From positions 21,858,150 through 21,922,149 of the forward strand of contig NC_134026.1 in NCBI RefSeq assembly GCF_964204645.1: a DNA stretch of 64,000 nt, written 5' to 3'. Made by a program: the position numbers and the translations under genes. Below are positions 45,956 to 61,247 of this stretch, in pieces (positions within the stretch are counted from its first letter, which is position 1; each line of letters opens with the position of its first letter). The stretch is from Tubulanus polymorphus (Eukaryota; Animalia; Nemertea). The notes beneath the pieces were generated by a model. The model had not been told where the DNA came from and searched no databases. It saw only the letters and a list, made by a program, of their open reading frames with translations.

Positions 45956-46649
45956 CTGCAATGAATAAGGGATATGTCATATTCAATTCATATTTCTGGC
46001 AAAATTGGGCGAGGTGGGGGAGTGGTGGTGCAGAGAAAAAAGTGTTCATAAAATTAAAAACCATAACCATAGCTAAGTATAGACAGAGAAAACATACTTT
46101 GACATAAATGGTTCTAGAAATTCTTCTCACTGAAAATGAATTAGGTTAACATAGCATATGTAAAAAAATTGTTAAAATCCACAAGTCCTAACTGCCAATG
46201 TTCAACTCCATAACCGATACATCCCAAACAGCTGGAAAAAGGGAAAAGAATCTTAAAGACTTCGAATTAGATTAGTTAAGCTAATAAAGCTTTGCGTACG
46301 TGTGTCCCATCTATTGACTTCCATCCAACAATGGGTTCGCAAAACGTATAAATGCGAAACTCAGTCTAAAATAGGCAGAACAGTGCAACTTACAAAACGC
46401 GAAATGCATTGGAATGATTACGACTAGGCACTGCACGATAATACATCATGACAATTTGTACATGGGAATATCAACAAATGTTTCGCTCGGGAATATTTGC
46501 TTTTCACCAGACATGTTTTTCGAGGTAATGAAAATCGTCGTCGGTTCAGTATGCAAATCCGTACAAAATGCAAATTCGTGGATCTATCCATGTTCTGAGT
46601 ACACCTGCCTTACCATGATGCATTAATGGTAACATATATCTTTATATAC

Positions 46650-46906
46650 CTGTCGTGCGAGTGGTGTGGCGTAAACAAGCCAAAGCCGCTTTCGTCGGAA
46701 TGGGCCAATTTCGACGATATCGATCCGACAATCATGTTTGGCGATGTCGGACTGCGTTGAAATTTCGTCGTCGTCGGCGCCGCCGGTCGATTGATCGATT
46801 TCGGCAACGTCGGACGCCTCGTCAAATGCCCGCAATCGGGAGATAACCGCGTCCGAGGACTCCATGCGACTTTGATCCGAGGTTTTTCCAAATCCATATT
46901 ATCCAT
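46650..46906 (-). CDS. Candidate PDE4 alternative first coding exon (MDNMDLEKPRIK...)
   Basis: 85-codon GC-richer ORF ending AG|GTATAT in phase 2, matching the acceptor phase of exon 45955. Confidence 0.65.
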
Positions 46907-48220
46907 GTTGTTTACGGACGGTGGTAAATCTTCTTCGGTGTGATCTCGTTTCTAAATACACTGAGCTCGATTTATAATCCATTCAAACGCTTCACTGATT
47001 AATCCTACGCCGAAACCCGTCAACAAATTTATGCCTCAACGCCGAAACTACGTGAAAAATCCATCAAGTCTCTTATCCTTATCAGTAACAGTGTACCTTT
47101 CTCGGAATTCTGTTTCCGAAGATGAACGCACGACAACTCGCCGATACCAATTTGCCGATGGCCACGCAAACAAACCATTACCCTCGACCCAACTGTTGCC
47201 ATCAATGTTGGCACAACAACGCAATTAAGTCAACATAAACAATCGTCTTACAAGTACTGGGTTCGGCAGACGCAAAGGTTCCGATAAGCACGGCAAATAC
47301 GAGACCCCGAACCACAGTAATCAATTTATTATGCACCGATAAACTGCGATGATGCAATCAATAGACAGCTATGTGTCAGGCCTCATTAGCACATTTCTAC
47401 GCATCAACTTAATTCGGCGGTATTCGGCAGAAATTTGACGAATTCCCGAGTCGATCAAATACAGCGAAAGCGCCACAAGTATATGAAAATTGGAATCGAT
47501 GAATTGGTGATAGGCTACTCAGTCAACTGATGTTTCAGTCGTAATCGACTGAGGATTTAACGAAAATTCGACGACGCACTTACATCAATAATCAATTCAA
47601 TTTCCCTAGGCAAACAATGGCTATACATAAGGTTCCTCAACAGGTTGCTAACCTGTCGTGAAAGCTTCTAAAATAACTCATGGCCATGATTCACACGTAG
47701 CTGGTTTGGCCCGGATCAGGCCCGAAAAGGCCCGAGTCAAATTTGGCCCGTGCCTAATAAGAGAGCGTGTTCACACGCAAACAACTCACTCAATACTAAA
47801 CCATGCTAAAACATGGAACTGAAGTGATTCAGTTTCGGAACCAGCGATGATTTGACCCATGCTAAAATTCAGCTCGGGCCAAAAACACTTGAACAGACTT
47901 TTTAACGTTTTAGTTTAACTATGAACGCGGATATCTGGAGTCAGTCATTCTGATATGTAAAGGGCTAAAACCCAGTTTGGGCTGTGAGATCTATATTATT
48001 CAGGTAGATATGGTACAATCTCAGTAAGCACGACGATTTATGTGAAAGCACCCATAGCATCCAAAGGAAAAGAGATTAAGAAATTAGAGACATGTAGTCA
48101 TTTATTTTCTTTTAACAGGAAATTTTACAGGATATATTCAATAAAATGTACATTTATCCGAATGATCTAGGCAAGCGGTACAAAAAAAAACTGTTCCACA
48201 AATTGAATACGGATACTTAC

Positions 48221-48344
48221 TTGTGCCAAAATGAATACTTTTGTCGGCCAGATTTGATATCTCTGAGAGCGCTAGTGCTCATCGTTCGCGGCAATACAGG
48301 GGGCATGTTATTCATTTTGCTGTCGTTTCCAGCCACATTTAAGC
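48221..48344 (-). CDS. Candidate PDE4 isoform-specific internal exon (…LPRTMSTSALRDIKSGRQKYSFWHK)
   Basis: TTTGCAG acceptor and GTAAGT donor; open in phase 1-2; joins exon 45955 in frame. Confidence 0.75.
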
Positions 48345-48510
48345 CTGCAAAGATAGAATTATGATACGGATAATTGAGCTGAGCCGATATACTTCTTTGA
48401 TACGTTTACCCAGAATTATTTCAAACAGTTAACTAATTTCGAAGCACCGCGTTTGACCGATATTCGTTGTTAAATCACGATTGATAGAACACTATATCCA
48501 TGTTGACGCG

Positions 48511-48679
48511 ATGTAGAGAGAATCCCACAATTATAACGAAAAAGTCTGAAAATGAAACTTCGAGATAATTACCATTCCTGAAGATGACTATTAGTATATA
48601 GTCGAAACATTGAAATAAACTACTATCTCGAAGTTTCATTTTCGGACTTTTTCGTTATAATTGTGGGATTCTCTCTACA
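48511..48679 (+). mobile_element. Penelope-like element remnant: ~55-bp inverted repeat enclosing a hammerhead-like motif
   Basis: TGTAGAGAGAATCCCACAATTATAACGAAAAAGTC... / ...GACTTTTTCGTTATAATTGTGGGATTCTCTCTACA around a CTGAAGA...GAAAC core. Confidence 0.6.
48572..48616 (+). ncRNA. Minimal type I hammerhead ribozyme-like motif
   Basis: CTGAAGA-T-GACTA[loop]TAGTC-GAAAC-ATT, with short stem I TTC/GAA. Confidence 0.6.
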
Positions 48680-51600
48680 TTCGTTGTTAAAACACGAAGG
48701 TTTTGAAGACTGTAAGAGGAAGGAGGCTGACTTTTACGGTTGTAACTTCAAATACATTTCGTACAACTATATACCCTGTTGAAACCAATCTGTCATACAG
48801 TTATCTTCATAAGCGGTGTTCACGCGAGGATTTCAGTTTCCTGTTTTTCACCTATAAGGAGCCACTAAAATGTTGCAGTCGCATGATTTGATGCTCACTT
48901 TTTACAATATACGGCGATGAACTTAGTTCGCTCACATTTATAGTTGTAACACCAAATTGGCAGTTCAAATTGCAATGGATTTTTCGATGTACTGGTATAG
49001 AAGAAAACAATGTTAGCATAGAAATCATCATCTTGAAATTGTGCTCAATATCGGCCTTACTAAAGCGGGCGTACTAAGTGCTGAATCACGTGTGAACGCA
49101 CCAAACAAGAGTACAGTACTTCAGAAGCCCAGAAGCCCGTGAGATCGTCGCTATATTCATTAGCAAAACCTAAGAGAGCTCTTCATAAAATGTTGATGCC
49201 GAAATCTACAGTAACAAAAGATTATCGTAGAGATAGTACGTGTAATCCGGATTACTCTTTGATTGAAGTGAATCCAACGGGAAGAAGAATTCGGGTGCCA
49301 TAACTTCGCTTCTATATGGCACGCAAAGTATACTTAGGGAATCCGTGTGGTTGATATAAGAAATCAATCAACTTAATTATTGCGAAGTGGGAATGTAGGT
49401 TAAGCAGTACGGATGAATACCGAGTGTACACGGCGTACCGCGCATTTAATGTACTGATCGATCTGATCGATTAGTTGGCGGGATACGATGGGTTTGGCAG
49501 CAGCACCCGGCAGTAACGGCATCAGACGGAGAGATTTCGACGTACTTTCGCCTCGTCATCATCCTAATTGACTGATACCATGGTAACACGATATAATTCC
49601 CCGACATAGGGTATGCGCGATCGGTAAATCGCGGGTCAGAAGAATTCCGAGTCCCGATGACGCGGGACGCATTTCTGAAATTCTGCGATCAACGCGATGG
49701 TTCTGAGCTAAACTATGTGGGGACATAATTCATATGAATCTGATCGAAATAGAAGATGTTTCTAGCTTTTTATACAACATCTTTCAAGATTCTGTATGAT
49801 ATTTTCTTTTGCTCGATTGTGCCTCACTTTTCTTCTACACTATGGCCACTTTTTTACCAATGGAATGGCAATACCGATCAGAGATAGGTTCCTTTAGATT
49901 TATCTACAGCCATGATGCAGACAGTTCTTTCTCGTCCCCAATATTCATACGACCACCATCATCTTAGAATAATTAGCTACCCGGGATTGAGACGAGCTGT
50001 GCTGTTCATCGAGCTAATTGCTCAGGCTATATTGGAAACCAGCGCTGAGCGCAACCGGTAATCGAAATGAGATTTCCTATCTCTTCTAACAAACTCTAAT
50101 AACAGCGTCGAGGTAAAAATAACCACAAAGAAAATATTCGCCGCATCAAAATAGCCATATCTACCATATGCCTGTCTTATTTAGATATTCGGTTCGACTG
50201 CTTCGGGCGATGTGCGGCGTGGTTCTACCCACACCGCGTCGAACTCTTGCCCGGCAACGTTTCTGGTTGACGGTGGTAATGTTCACTGGCGCATGCGAAA
50301 TGAGATACGTCGTTCATCACGCACGGTGACTTGGCGATCGCCGTCATGGGGGTGTCTCCATGTCTGGCGCGTAGCTATATAATGAACCATAAACCATACC
50401 GATGTGCATTAGAGAACCTGCGAAAATTACCTACTCGAAACTGTACTCGCGAAACCCAACTAGGGGCAATTTTTTAAGATCAGAAAGGTAGGGCACACTG
50501 CTACAGAACTGTTATGGGACATCAACCCAGAGTCAATTTTGGAAAATCATCGCATATGCCCTCTTAAATGCCTTAAATGCCTCAGGTATAAAAAAATGCT
50601 TTTAATCCTCAAAGAATCAGATAATATCTATAAGATTTCATCAGACGAATCTATATTCGGCAAATTCTGGTGTCTTAAAAATGGCAGTTAAAAATTATCA
50701 CAATCGAGCGAAGTTTCCAATCAGTGAATGTATTTTGTACGTATATATTATTCAAGTTCAGGCGTCATTGCGAAACTGAATATTGATACAGTAGAATCTA
50801 TAAAAACGTGGTCATGACATTTGCTGAGGTAGCAGTACTTAAATGAATCAATACGATATACGATTGGGTGTATATTAACTATATCCATCTCTATTGTCTA
50901 TTGTATGTGTCAGTGTATGCGTTACGTTCTACAAATTGTATATCGATAAGGATAGAAAATAAACTACATATATTTTCACCTGATAATAAATATTCGATAT
51001 ATGTATACATGAGCGTATAGAAGTATTTATGTTTCAAAATCCTGATTTTGATTTGAAGAAAACGATTTCAGAAATAGATAATTAGCCGAGGCCTGCCTTC
51101 GGAATTCAGACTTCAGTCCGAAACGGAATTGAAATCATCATATAAGATCAATGATATTCAGAAACGAAAATGCAGGCAGGTATGACCAATTGTGGCATCT
51201 TTAGTCCGTTTTTTTGCGAGTCATAATTACTTAAATTGGTTGCAGAACACGAATAAGTTACTTTTGAACTAGACTTAATCTACGTATTATGCTGGGGATA
51301 GTTCCAGAGCCATTATCTAAGGAAAGGTCATGCATCTAGTCTCAAAAGAACAGGCTCTGAGAATATAAGTAACACTTCCAATCAAACAATTAGATAACTT
51401 TTCCGATTGATAATTTTACTTAACCTAATCCCTGCAACTAATTTTCTTACTAGAGCTAGAAACGACTTACTTAACTAAAGAATGAAATAAGTGACCTACC
51501 TTTAAACACCAACATTTATGAACTGAACGAAGCGGTCGTTTTGAAATGTGTTCAAAAACGATTGATATCTGTACTTTTCGAATTGTCTATGATAATTATC

Positions 51601-54600
51601 CTAACTCACTTCATGTATACAGAACATGGAAAAATATTCATAAACGATCGCTACAACGAATGTCATGGCTCGGTGTAAACTGTTATCTGTGACAGCAGCG
51701 CGTATCCGGAATCAGCTACACTACACCTGACACAAGACTCAGCGGGAATAAACCGAAGCCTTAGAATTCCTAAAGAGCAGCATCCACTTATTGGGTAATT
51801 GCATCGCGTATATGTACGCCCGGTGCAAAATCGTACCTGCTATGTTAACCTCGCATAGGCAGAGGAAAAAATTGAATTTTCGTCGCGAATATGACGAATC
51901 GAATCCGATCGCGCCCGTCAATTCAATAAATCATAAATCCAATGAACTTTGGCGTATCTCAAGAAGAGCGGTGAAAGCTAACGCCACCGACGCCACTACG
52001 AGAGAAAGAGCCTGACTGTATTTGGTACGTCGTGGCTGTATTTCGACGTATTCTTTTATACTCACTCAGTGAGAGTGAGAGGGATGAGATGAGAAGAGAT
52101 GCAAGCAGCTGTATCTCTTCTCTTCATCAGATTTATTGCTGCTTCCAACGGAATTCGTTCTCAACACTGCTCATACGACAGACTCATACAACAGACTCAG
52201 ACAACAGACTCGGGCGCGTATGACAGCAATTTCACAAACATCCACTATATGATGAACATACAGCTATATACGGAAAGCGATAGGAGCCATTAACATCTCA
52301 TATATTCTGAATATGTATCAAGTGTTCTTTTATCAGCGCTTACGATCGACGTGAGTGCTGCAATAAAATGTCCGGGCTAACTTCAGCACGGCACTCACTG
52401 ACGCAATTCTCTTCGGATGGCATCTGTCAATAGTTTATGTTGATAATAATTACTGTGCGCGGACGGTGCAGAATGTCTCAACACCGATACTGGCCAATGC
52501 TATCTATTCATTTCTAACTTTTTGTCCATCATAAATCAAGACAGCCTTCCGGATATACTGTAAGATAATAACGATGTTTCCGTATCATGGAGTGAACTAT
52601 TATTGAAACCGCACTATTGTTAAGAATAAAGCAAAAGTCTTCATGGATATTTTTCACGTTAAGTAGACTAAAAAGGAGAATCTCGTAAAGTTCTAAACTA
52701 ACGTACAAAATTAATCGATCAATTCAGAAAGTTGAGTGCATTCCTTATTTCTAACAGATGTATGAATGTCATTGGCATAAGATCTGAACATGTCTAGACC
52801 TATGGTTGCCATAGACGAGCGACTGTCTGATAATGATGAAGTAAAAACCCAAAATACGACGAAAAAACTGATTGAGAATTTGACGTTTCAACCCAATTCG
52901 AATTTTTTAGTTTTTAAAATGGCCCATAGAATTAGGTTGAAATATGAAATTCTCCGTTAGTTTTTTCATTATATTGTAGGTGTTTACTTCACTGTCTAGA
53001 CCTTACTATACCCTAACTTCCCCCGCTCCCCCCCCCCCCCCGATTCGTTGAGATGAAGTTCAAGCCAAATAGCTCAAAGAAATTATTTTTGTGAAATTGG
53101 CACATTCCATGACGCACATTTAACAATGTTACATATTTGCCATTACATTGCAGTGAGTCGATGGCGACAATGGTCGATGAAGCGTACTGCGGCAACAACC
53201 CTTAGTCCATCTGAAGCCTCATCGCAGCATGATCCAATCATCAGCTGGAGAGGAAGGCTATTTATCCACCTGATGACGCTTCGGAGATCAACATTAATTC
53301 CACCATTCTCTCTTTCAGTTGTACTAACTCTAGATGGCAATCCCTAGTAAAGCCAGCCGCATGCTAGGCGATTTCCCGGCGATTTTCAATTTCTTTTTAC
53401 TCAGGGCTCAATGCTGCATAAGGTCAGAGTTTCAAAATTTCTTACTCTTAAGGGTTTACTCTTACCATGGATCAGTGTCAAGACTCACAAGTAAACAGCA
53501 TATCTCAAGGGGCCGAAACAACCGAGTAGATGATGACACATCCCCACTTGTTGTTTATCGGTTAGTCGAGAACCTCAAATCAGCCGAGACGTGAATTAAG
53601 TGCAATTGAGATTCGGGATGGCATCCAAAGATATTCGTGGCGACGAGGTCATTGCCTGTGTTTTTATACTAATGATATCTGTGATGATTGCGAGGAATAA
53701 CTGCTAAAGCCGGCTCCTCCATTTTCACGAAGGCGGAGACTTGATTAGCTGGCGGAAATAAGATTAGGAATTAGGGAACATCAATAGACATACGTACGTA
53801 CATAATTCTCCCCTCACTCTTGTGATAAAACTGATTAATTCATACAGCTTATGCTGAAGAACAGACACTTTCGGTGAGACAGAATTGAACAAGAAATAAT
53901 TCTCAATAACAAAATTCGATTTTCAGTAAAGGCCGTTTCATAATTCCTGGTAAAAATCAGATAGCAGATGAGTCGAAGAAACTCAAGTGATAATTGTGCC
54001 CATGGATATGTGACCATTAAATGACTGATCAATTTGACATGCTTTTCCCCTGATTTTTACCCGAATATTCCCTGACATGCATGGTGATTTCCCTGACTTG
54101 ATCTGCTAAGAACTCAATCAATTAAGCAAATACATAAGACATAGACAGAAACTGTTTGATTTTATGCGTGATCTTGCAATTTCAATAGATTTCCCTGACT
54201 TTTAGCATTTCTATAAAATTCCCTGACTTTTTCAAAGAAATGAATGTTCCTTAAATATTCCCTGATTTCCAGGTAAGTGGCCAGCCTAATAAAAAGTGAC
54301 TCCATTTTCGAACATTTCACCTGTAAAATAACTATCTAGAAAATACTCAAAACCTTCTTGGCACGCGCCAATAGCAGTTGACAAGTTGATTAATACATCA
54401 TATATATGTACCTGTACTTCTGATTTTCGAAAAAAATAACGTATAATCCTAAAAGCAATATAGCACCTTTTCCATAGAACTCAGATAATATTTATGTATA
54501 TATCTCCAAAGAGCTGTCACAGACGAACGGGAAATAACAAATCGCGGCGCGATAAATGAAAACACAAAACCATTTGTTCCGCAAAGGTAACCAATCGAAA

Positions 54601-55888
54601 CCAGATTCTATCGCTGTTAAAACTTCGAAATAAATGAAAAAGAATGTTCTACATGATGGCTTCGGACTTCGTCAGCATCAAAGAGAACGCATTCCACGCC
54701 GCGTCAACTTCTAAGAAACCACCCTAAACAAACATATACGAATCACACAGCGGTTTAAATATTACAAGCATTTAATAGGTTTGGGGAGATTAAGCTGTCA
54801 TAATTCAACGTCTTAATATATCGTAAATATGTTTTAATATCTATACTTATGTTCTTACCAATTAGCACAGCGCCTTACCCCCCCCCCCCCCTCCGAAGAA
54901 CAGACAAAAATTATCGAAACTTTTAGATTAGGTTTGAATTAACAAAATGGAATTCGCCCAGATTTTTATCGAGACCAATTTAATTAATGATTTTGATCCC
55001 CCGCCTGGCGCAATTATGCACTTGAGAAAGTTGTCCTCCAAACTCGTGCCAAAGTCATTTCCGTACGTGAGATTTTATGTCTTATACTTGATTAGGCACT
55101 GACGTCACCGAGGGACTTTGTTTTTTTATCAATAAGATAAATATCTAGAGCAGAATTCAAGGACGCGGCTAAAATCAGAGCTGAAGGTGGTACAAATGTG
55201 TAAGTTAAGCAATGGTGGAGTTTCCAACAAAAATATTCCGTAGAACAGCAAATAACCTGAATTTTCAGATTTTCTATACTCAATCCATGAAATATATGAT
55301 ATAAACATAAGGAATGTATCTATTTGTATTGTACCTTGCACATAATGCACGTGGGCACAGTGCCTTATAAGTACAGCCCTAGGCTTGCACTGTGTCCCTC
55401 ATCTTATGCATGTAAAAGAACTATGTGTGTTCCTATATTACATAATAATCTTGTATGACATAATGATGAAATAGATTATATGAATATGAGAATTCTACCA
55501 ACCGAATAATTCAAATACACTCAGAACAACAAGATACATTCTTATCCCATTTCAAGTAAAATCAGATTCCCAACTCAAGTTATCAATTTCAATTCTGTCA
55601 AACTATCGTAATCAAAACATCTAAAACTTAATTTTCGCTTTCAACCTCTTGACTTTCTCAATGCTGAGTAAAACATTTCGTTCGTCATCAAAAAACAGAT
55701 TCCAATTCAGTAAGTAAAACCTGATTGTAGTAACAAAGGGGTTAAGCGCAATTGCCGATTTGTCCTATCCAAGATTATCTAATTGATTCCTAAGTGATTT
55801 TATTATTAACGGACGCAAGCATCAGCCATTATTAATGTCCGATAATTCCGGTGAGTCTGGTTTTAATGCAACTACCGAACTAACTTAC

Positions 55889-56015
55889 CGGTGGTTGGTA
55901 ACGCAATTATGGGAACGGTTTTCATACGTTTCAATTTCTGCGAAATAGGAATAGGCTTCACGACGGCGGACGGATTCGGATCCATGTTCGTTGAGCGGAG
56001 TTCTTCGACGAGCAT
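55889..56015 (-). CDS. Candidate PDE4 alternative first exon (MLVEELRSTNMDPNP...)
   Basis: ATG with an upstream in-frame stop, 42 codons, G|GTAAGT phase-1 donor compatible with exon 48344. Confidence 0.5.
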
Positions 56016-57038
56016 AATATCCGAACTATATAATTGTACGCGTTTAAATCCGGTTTCGAATTACGAAAACTGCATTGAATTCCTTCGTCAGATAATGATG
56101 AAGACGCGGCGCCGAAGCCGATTCCGTACGGTTTTTCAGATGATTTTTAAAGCCGCGTCGTGTCGTTGAATTGATTACCTTTTTCTCGAAACCCGCTCAC
56201 GTATATCTCGACTAGCCACGTCGAAACGAACGGGGCCCAACAGCCAACCAGCAAACGATCTGTCATTTACTTCATTGAAATGGCCGATATTAATACAGTG
56301 TCGTCAATATGAAATAAGATCTATATGTGCATGCAAGAATGCAATTCAATGTTTGTAAGATAGCACTGAACTGTACCGAGCATTCAGTCCATTATGGGTT
56401 TGTTATAACATTGTATAATGTGTATATTATCTCATGTCTCAAGTGCTAGAAACCTAGCACCAACTATCCCAGTAATAAAGTAGCGCAATTGCGTCATTGG
56501 TCAATGTGGGAGAGCATTGTCAACGTGCTAATTGTATTACATATTTCTGTACATAATAAAATGTTGACTCTTGGCATCCTGTTCTTAGTGTTATCATTCC
56601 GAAACTGCTAAAAACTTTGCATTGACTATTAACCCGCTCCCACCCCCCCCCCCCATATGAAAATAGAACAATTGCATAATCAGTCCATGCGGGATAGTAT
56701 TTACACCATTATTGATATGAAGCTACTAATCGTATTACGTATTTCTGTTCACAGTTTAAGCATTAATTCTTGATACTCTTGTCTCTATTTTAATTTCGAA
56801 TACATGTGAAAACATCTAGCTTTCTTCGGGTTAAACGTCACACAAAAGATTAAGCGGCTAAACCCCACAAATGCTCAGAATGACAGATATTCTCGCGCAA
56901 GTTATGACATCCCTATTACATCTTGGATTTCACTAGGTATAACCTTTCGGTTGTTGAATTTCAATTTCGACTACCGTACATCGACAAGTGAGTATCTGCC
57001 AAATGAAACTACATGTACATGTATATATACATATGTAC

Positions 57039-57132
57039 CTGGTTCGGATGTGCATCGTACGATATCCAAATTCTTTCGAATGAGATGTTTAATGTAGCGT
57101 CGTGGATCGTGGTCCCAGTCATCGGAGGCCAT
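57039..57132 (-). CDS. Candidate PDE4 alternative first coding exon (MASDDWDHDPRRY...)
   Basis: ACGATGG start context, 31 codons, CAG|GTACAT phase-1 donor; possible upstream acceptor at ~57208. Confidence 0.4.
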
Positions 57133-60100
57133 CGTCGCCGTAGTTATGACCGAGATTACTATGTCGTAGTTCGACACGATTTCGCGTGATCATAATGACG
57201 AAAAAACCTGTAAAGCCTTCACTTTCTCTCTCTCTCTCGCCCTCGTGAAGCTACTTTCTGTGTCAACGCACGCATAAACCGGCTCGAGGACTGATAGTAC
57301 AGTAGGCCAGCGCTACATTATCAAGTACATTGTTAATAAATACGTCATAGTGCTAGTTTTTCATAGATCAATATTATACCAGCTATAGAATCTGTCCTGA
57401 TAAAGTGAAGTATAGAGCGACCGATATTTATTTCAGCTGACGTCTCTCATTCATTACCAGTAGAACACATGATGATTGGGCGAGACAATCAGCTTAACTG
57501 TGTTGTTGTCAGCCCCCACGCAGATATATAAAAAACCAGGGTAGAGGCTTTTCAGTAATGCGAATAATATAATGATGAACGCAATTATGTAGAGTTAAAT
57601 GATATGAAGTTGAACGATCAGAACATAACTATATGTCGGGCTCTATAGAACATCCTCTGAATTAGTAAAACCTACATAAGGGTTGGAGAATTGGCAATGA
57701 AGTTGTGGTCACGAATTCGAACTATTTTCTAGTAAAATGTTTCATACCGAGATGATCTAGAACAATAATGTCTATGCCTTGAAGAATTCTTGCTTCAATC
57801 GCGATAAAAGATCAAAATTCACGGCTCGATTAAGCGCCTTATCAGTTTTCCCGAATTAAAAATTAAAGAAGATCAAATAGCGCAAATGCAGCAATTTTTC
57901 ACGCATGCCTCGCTTCGGCCACATTAACGCTTACAAATTCTCATTACGGCATCATGTCATTCAATCGCGTCTATTCCTCCGATGCCAATTTCGTCAATTA
58001 TATTTTCAGCTCTAGCTGATGATGAGAACCTTATGGCAGCTCGACGACGACGACAACGGAGGAAAATCTGAGAACGACGACGATGATGACGAAAATGATC
58101 AGGCCGACGGCATAGCTGCTGATAAACGCACGCTTATGACGAATCTTTGACTTCAAAGAACGCAGTATTTAACATCTCAGCGTAGCAGATTAATATCAAA
58201 ACTGTTTTTCGCTGTTGACATTCTGACTCGCACTTCATCACACCATCCCTCCAACATCCCCTCATCGTACTCGATACAATCGCAATGACAATAGTATATA
58301 TAGAAATGAATATCGAGGAACTCTCTCTACGGGTAGATTTAAAAAAAAAATAACTACAATAAATTGGGAATCCCACACTAATATAACGAGAAAGATGAAA
58401 TCCAAAAAGTTTCTTTAAAGCTAATGATTTATTGGTTTTGACGTTTTGACAATAAAATAAGAGTAACAATACTGAGCTTACTGAGATGACTAGTTTATAG
58501 ACAAAATGTCGAATTAATAAATCATAAGCTTAAAGGAAACTTTTCGGACATCATCTTTCTCGTTACATTAGAGCGGGATTCTCAATTTATTGCCAAAACA
58601 CGGACATACTGTTTCATCAATGGTTATATCTACAAGTTCTTACTAATTAGATATAGCTCAGACCATAATACATTTTTCAGGCAACTTTCAGGCAAACTCC
58701 ATCTTCTATAGGAAGATTTCCATAGCACAAAAATCTACTTTCTTTCCAACTTAGCTTCTATTGATTATCTTAAAACTTCTTAAATTTGAAGCGAGATCAT
58801 TAACTTCTTAAAAATGATAGCTGATTCATGGCCGTTCTGCTGGGTTTTTTAGACAGTAATTGCTCGATAGGTGAGCAACCTGAAACTTTTAAACTGAATG
58901 CCAGAAACGCTCTTCAGCAAGAAAGGTCGATTGGGAGAATTTTCTGAGAAAGAAGTTGCATGCGCATACTGCTCTCAGGTGGAATCGACACCGGTACAAA
59001 GATTAAGAGTAAATCGCAGGGCAGCTATGAAAAACCATTACATAGCAGAAGTAAGCTATTTCCAGCGCGAAACAAAGTTTCAGGGATATAAATGTCACGT
59101 TTAAATGAATGGTTGGCAATGCCGCTTCATAATATGTCAATAGTCAGCAAACCGTAACTTGGCCTACTCATTCATCTTCACAACAAATCAAAAGACGTTC
59201 ATAGAAAAATGAACAGGTATCGGGAACAGTCAGCGGCAACATCAGGTCTGATGCACGAGACTGTTAATTTGAAAACGAAGTCAACTGATATTGAGGACCA
59301 CCGTGCGTGTATCACACTAACAGGAAGGGAATCATCAACGCGGCAGTTTTCTATTCTCGTTTAGCAGCAGCAGTAGCGAGATATCGATCAGTCAATAAAG
59401 TGACTTTCCTGACGATTATAGGCTCGATGAAAGGAACGCAATAAAGAATCAATTTCTGCGGCCGACCAGCGCTCGCGCTCTCGCTCGAGCCCCGATACTC
59501 TCGTGGGCGATCTTAATTCAATTGCGTCGACAGTAATGACATCGTAAACATACGAATCACGTTTATGACCGGTGCCACAGTGGATGAAGATGAAAACGCA
59601 GCTCGTGCAAGATGCGCCACTAAAGGATCCATTGATAAACAAAGTTATGCAAAATATATTCATTCATCCATCTTCCATCCTATACGCGTTTTCTACTTCT
59701 TATATGCGTTTTCTACTTTTTATGTATACAAAACTACCACAAAACTACCTAATGAATGTATCTAGGTTTTATGTACATTACACATCATAAAACCCCTTTT
59801 GCCGATTCTCTCCATTTCCAAGCTTTATAGCCCTGGCATCGAAAATCATCACGCGGGCCTGTAACTGATATGCAAGTTATACGCTTTTTAAATGCGGATC
59901 TGTTTTCCCATGAAAGGTTGGTGCAGGCTTTACGCCGAAATATGTTCAGCCTCTTTGAACAAAAACAAACATGGACCCGTCTATGGCAGCTGAAATATCA
60001 AAGCCAAATAGACACTAATTGGACCATGAAAAAAACAGCCTGAAAAATATCAAAAGTTTGGACAATCAGCGTAATCCGTCTCTTCAGGTATCTATCTTAG

Positions 60101-61119
60101 TTCAAAGGGCTGTTGCCCATAGATGTTGGTTTGACACTGCCAGAAGATAGTTATATACAGAATCATGAGACAGTGTCAATTTCTATCCTTCATTGAATAA
60201 TGTCATGAATATTTTGCTGAGATGAAAAACTAGATTCCGTTCAGATGACCTACACAGAGTTCATTCTTATATAACTCAACTATTTGGTAATTTTGATATG
60301 ATACGTAGTTACATATACCAAATTGCCTAAAATATCTGAAAATGACCTTACTTAAACTTTTCTTTTTAGTGGAACATTTCATTTCAATTTTGTAGAAAGT
60401 TCAAACAATTTATGGAAGGTGCTTCAGAGGCGCTCTTTGCAAATAATCAATAGTCTAAGCATGTCATCGACTTTGTAAAAAGCCATTAGAAACCCTCACT
60501 CGGCAGAATCCTTGCAAGTTTAACAGGCTTTAACAATTAATGCTCTCTCTAAAGCATGCCATTGTTAAGGGCTATGCGATAATCAATCCCCCTCCGCACT
60601 GTGTTACCACAACTCAATATTTTGTGAAAAAGATTGTCTCAAGCACTGATTTGGTTTTTTGAATCGCAACGCGGCCCAGTAAGCGAGGTGAGGGGATTCT
60701 ACTTATCAGTATGCAAGAAAATCTATAGCGAATAAATATACTAGCGACTTGGAGGAAAAGATTTTTTATAGAATCAACGATATCAAATGTTTCTCGCAAG
60801 CGCTGGACAGTTTTGCTTCGATCCCCAGATCTCTGTGCAATGTTCATTCTTTTGTTTTTCGAAGCCCCCTCCTAATCTATTTCTAAAACATCAGAGGTCT
60901 GTTCTATCTTTCTGAGTGGAAATTTAACATTTCAAAACACATAATCGAACGTGCTTCGGATTCAACTCGAAGCGAATGCATTTCAACTGGCAGACGGCCA
61001 ACCACAAACAATTTTCGTTCGTCATATTTCAACTGCATTTTCATCTCTTCCAACAAATTGCGAATTGCGCTTTCTGGCAATTTATACAATACATCATATG
61101 ACAATACGTCAATTGTGTC

Positions 61120-61247
<128 letters not shown>

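Noticed and set aside
58134-58469. ORF containing RRES as the possible PDE4 UCR1 PKA-site exon
   Set aside because: The context STRRESSSIF does not match RRESFLYRSDSD, and no supporting splice structure was seen.
60050-60090. Minus-strand CTGAAGA-GAC...GTC-CAAAC hammerhead-like string
   Set aside because: The essential G of GAAA is missing and the stem is only 3 bp; this is compatible with chance.
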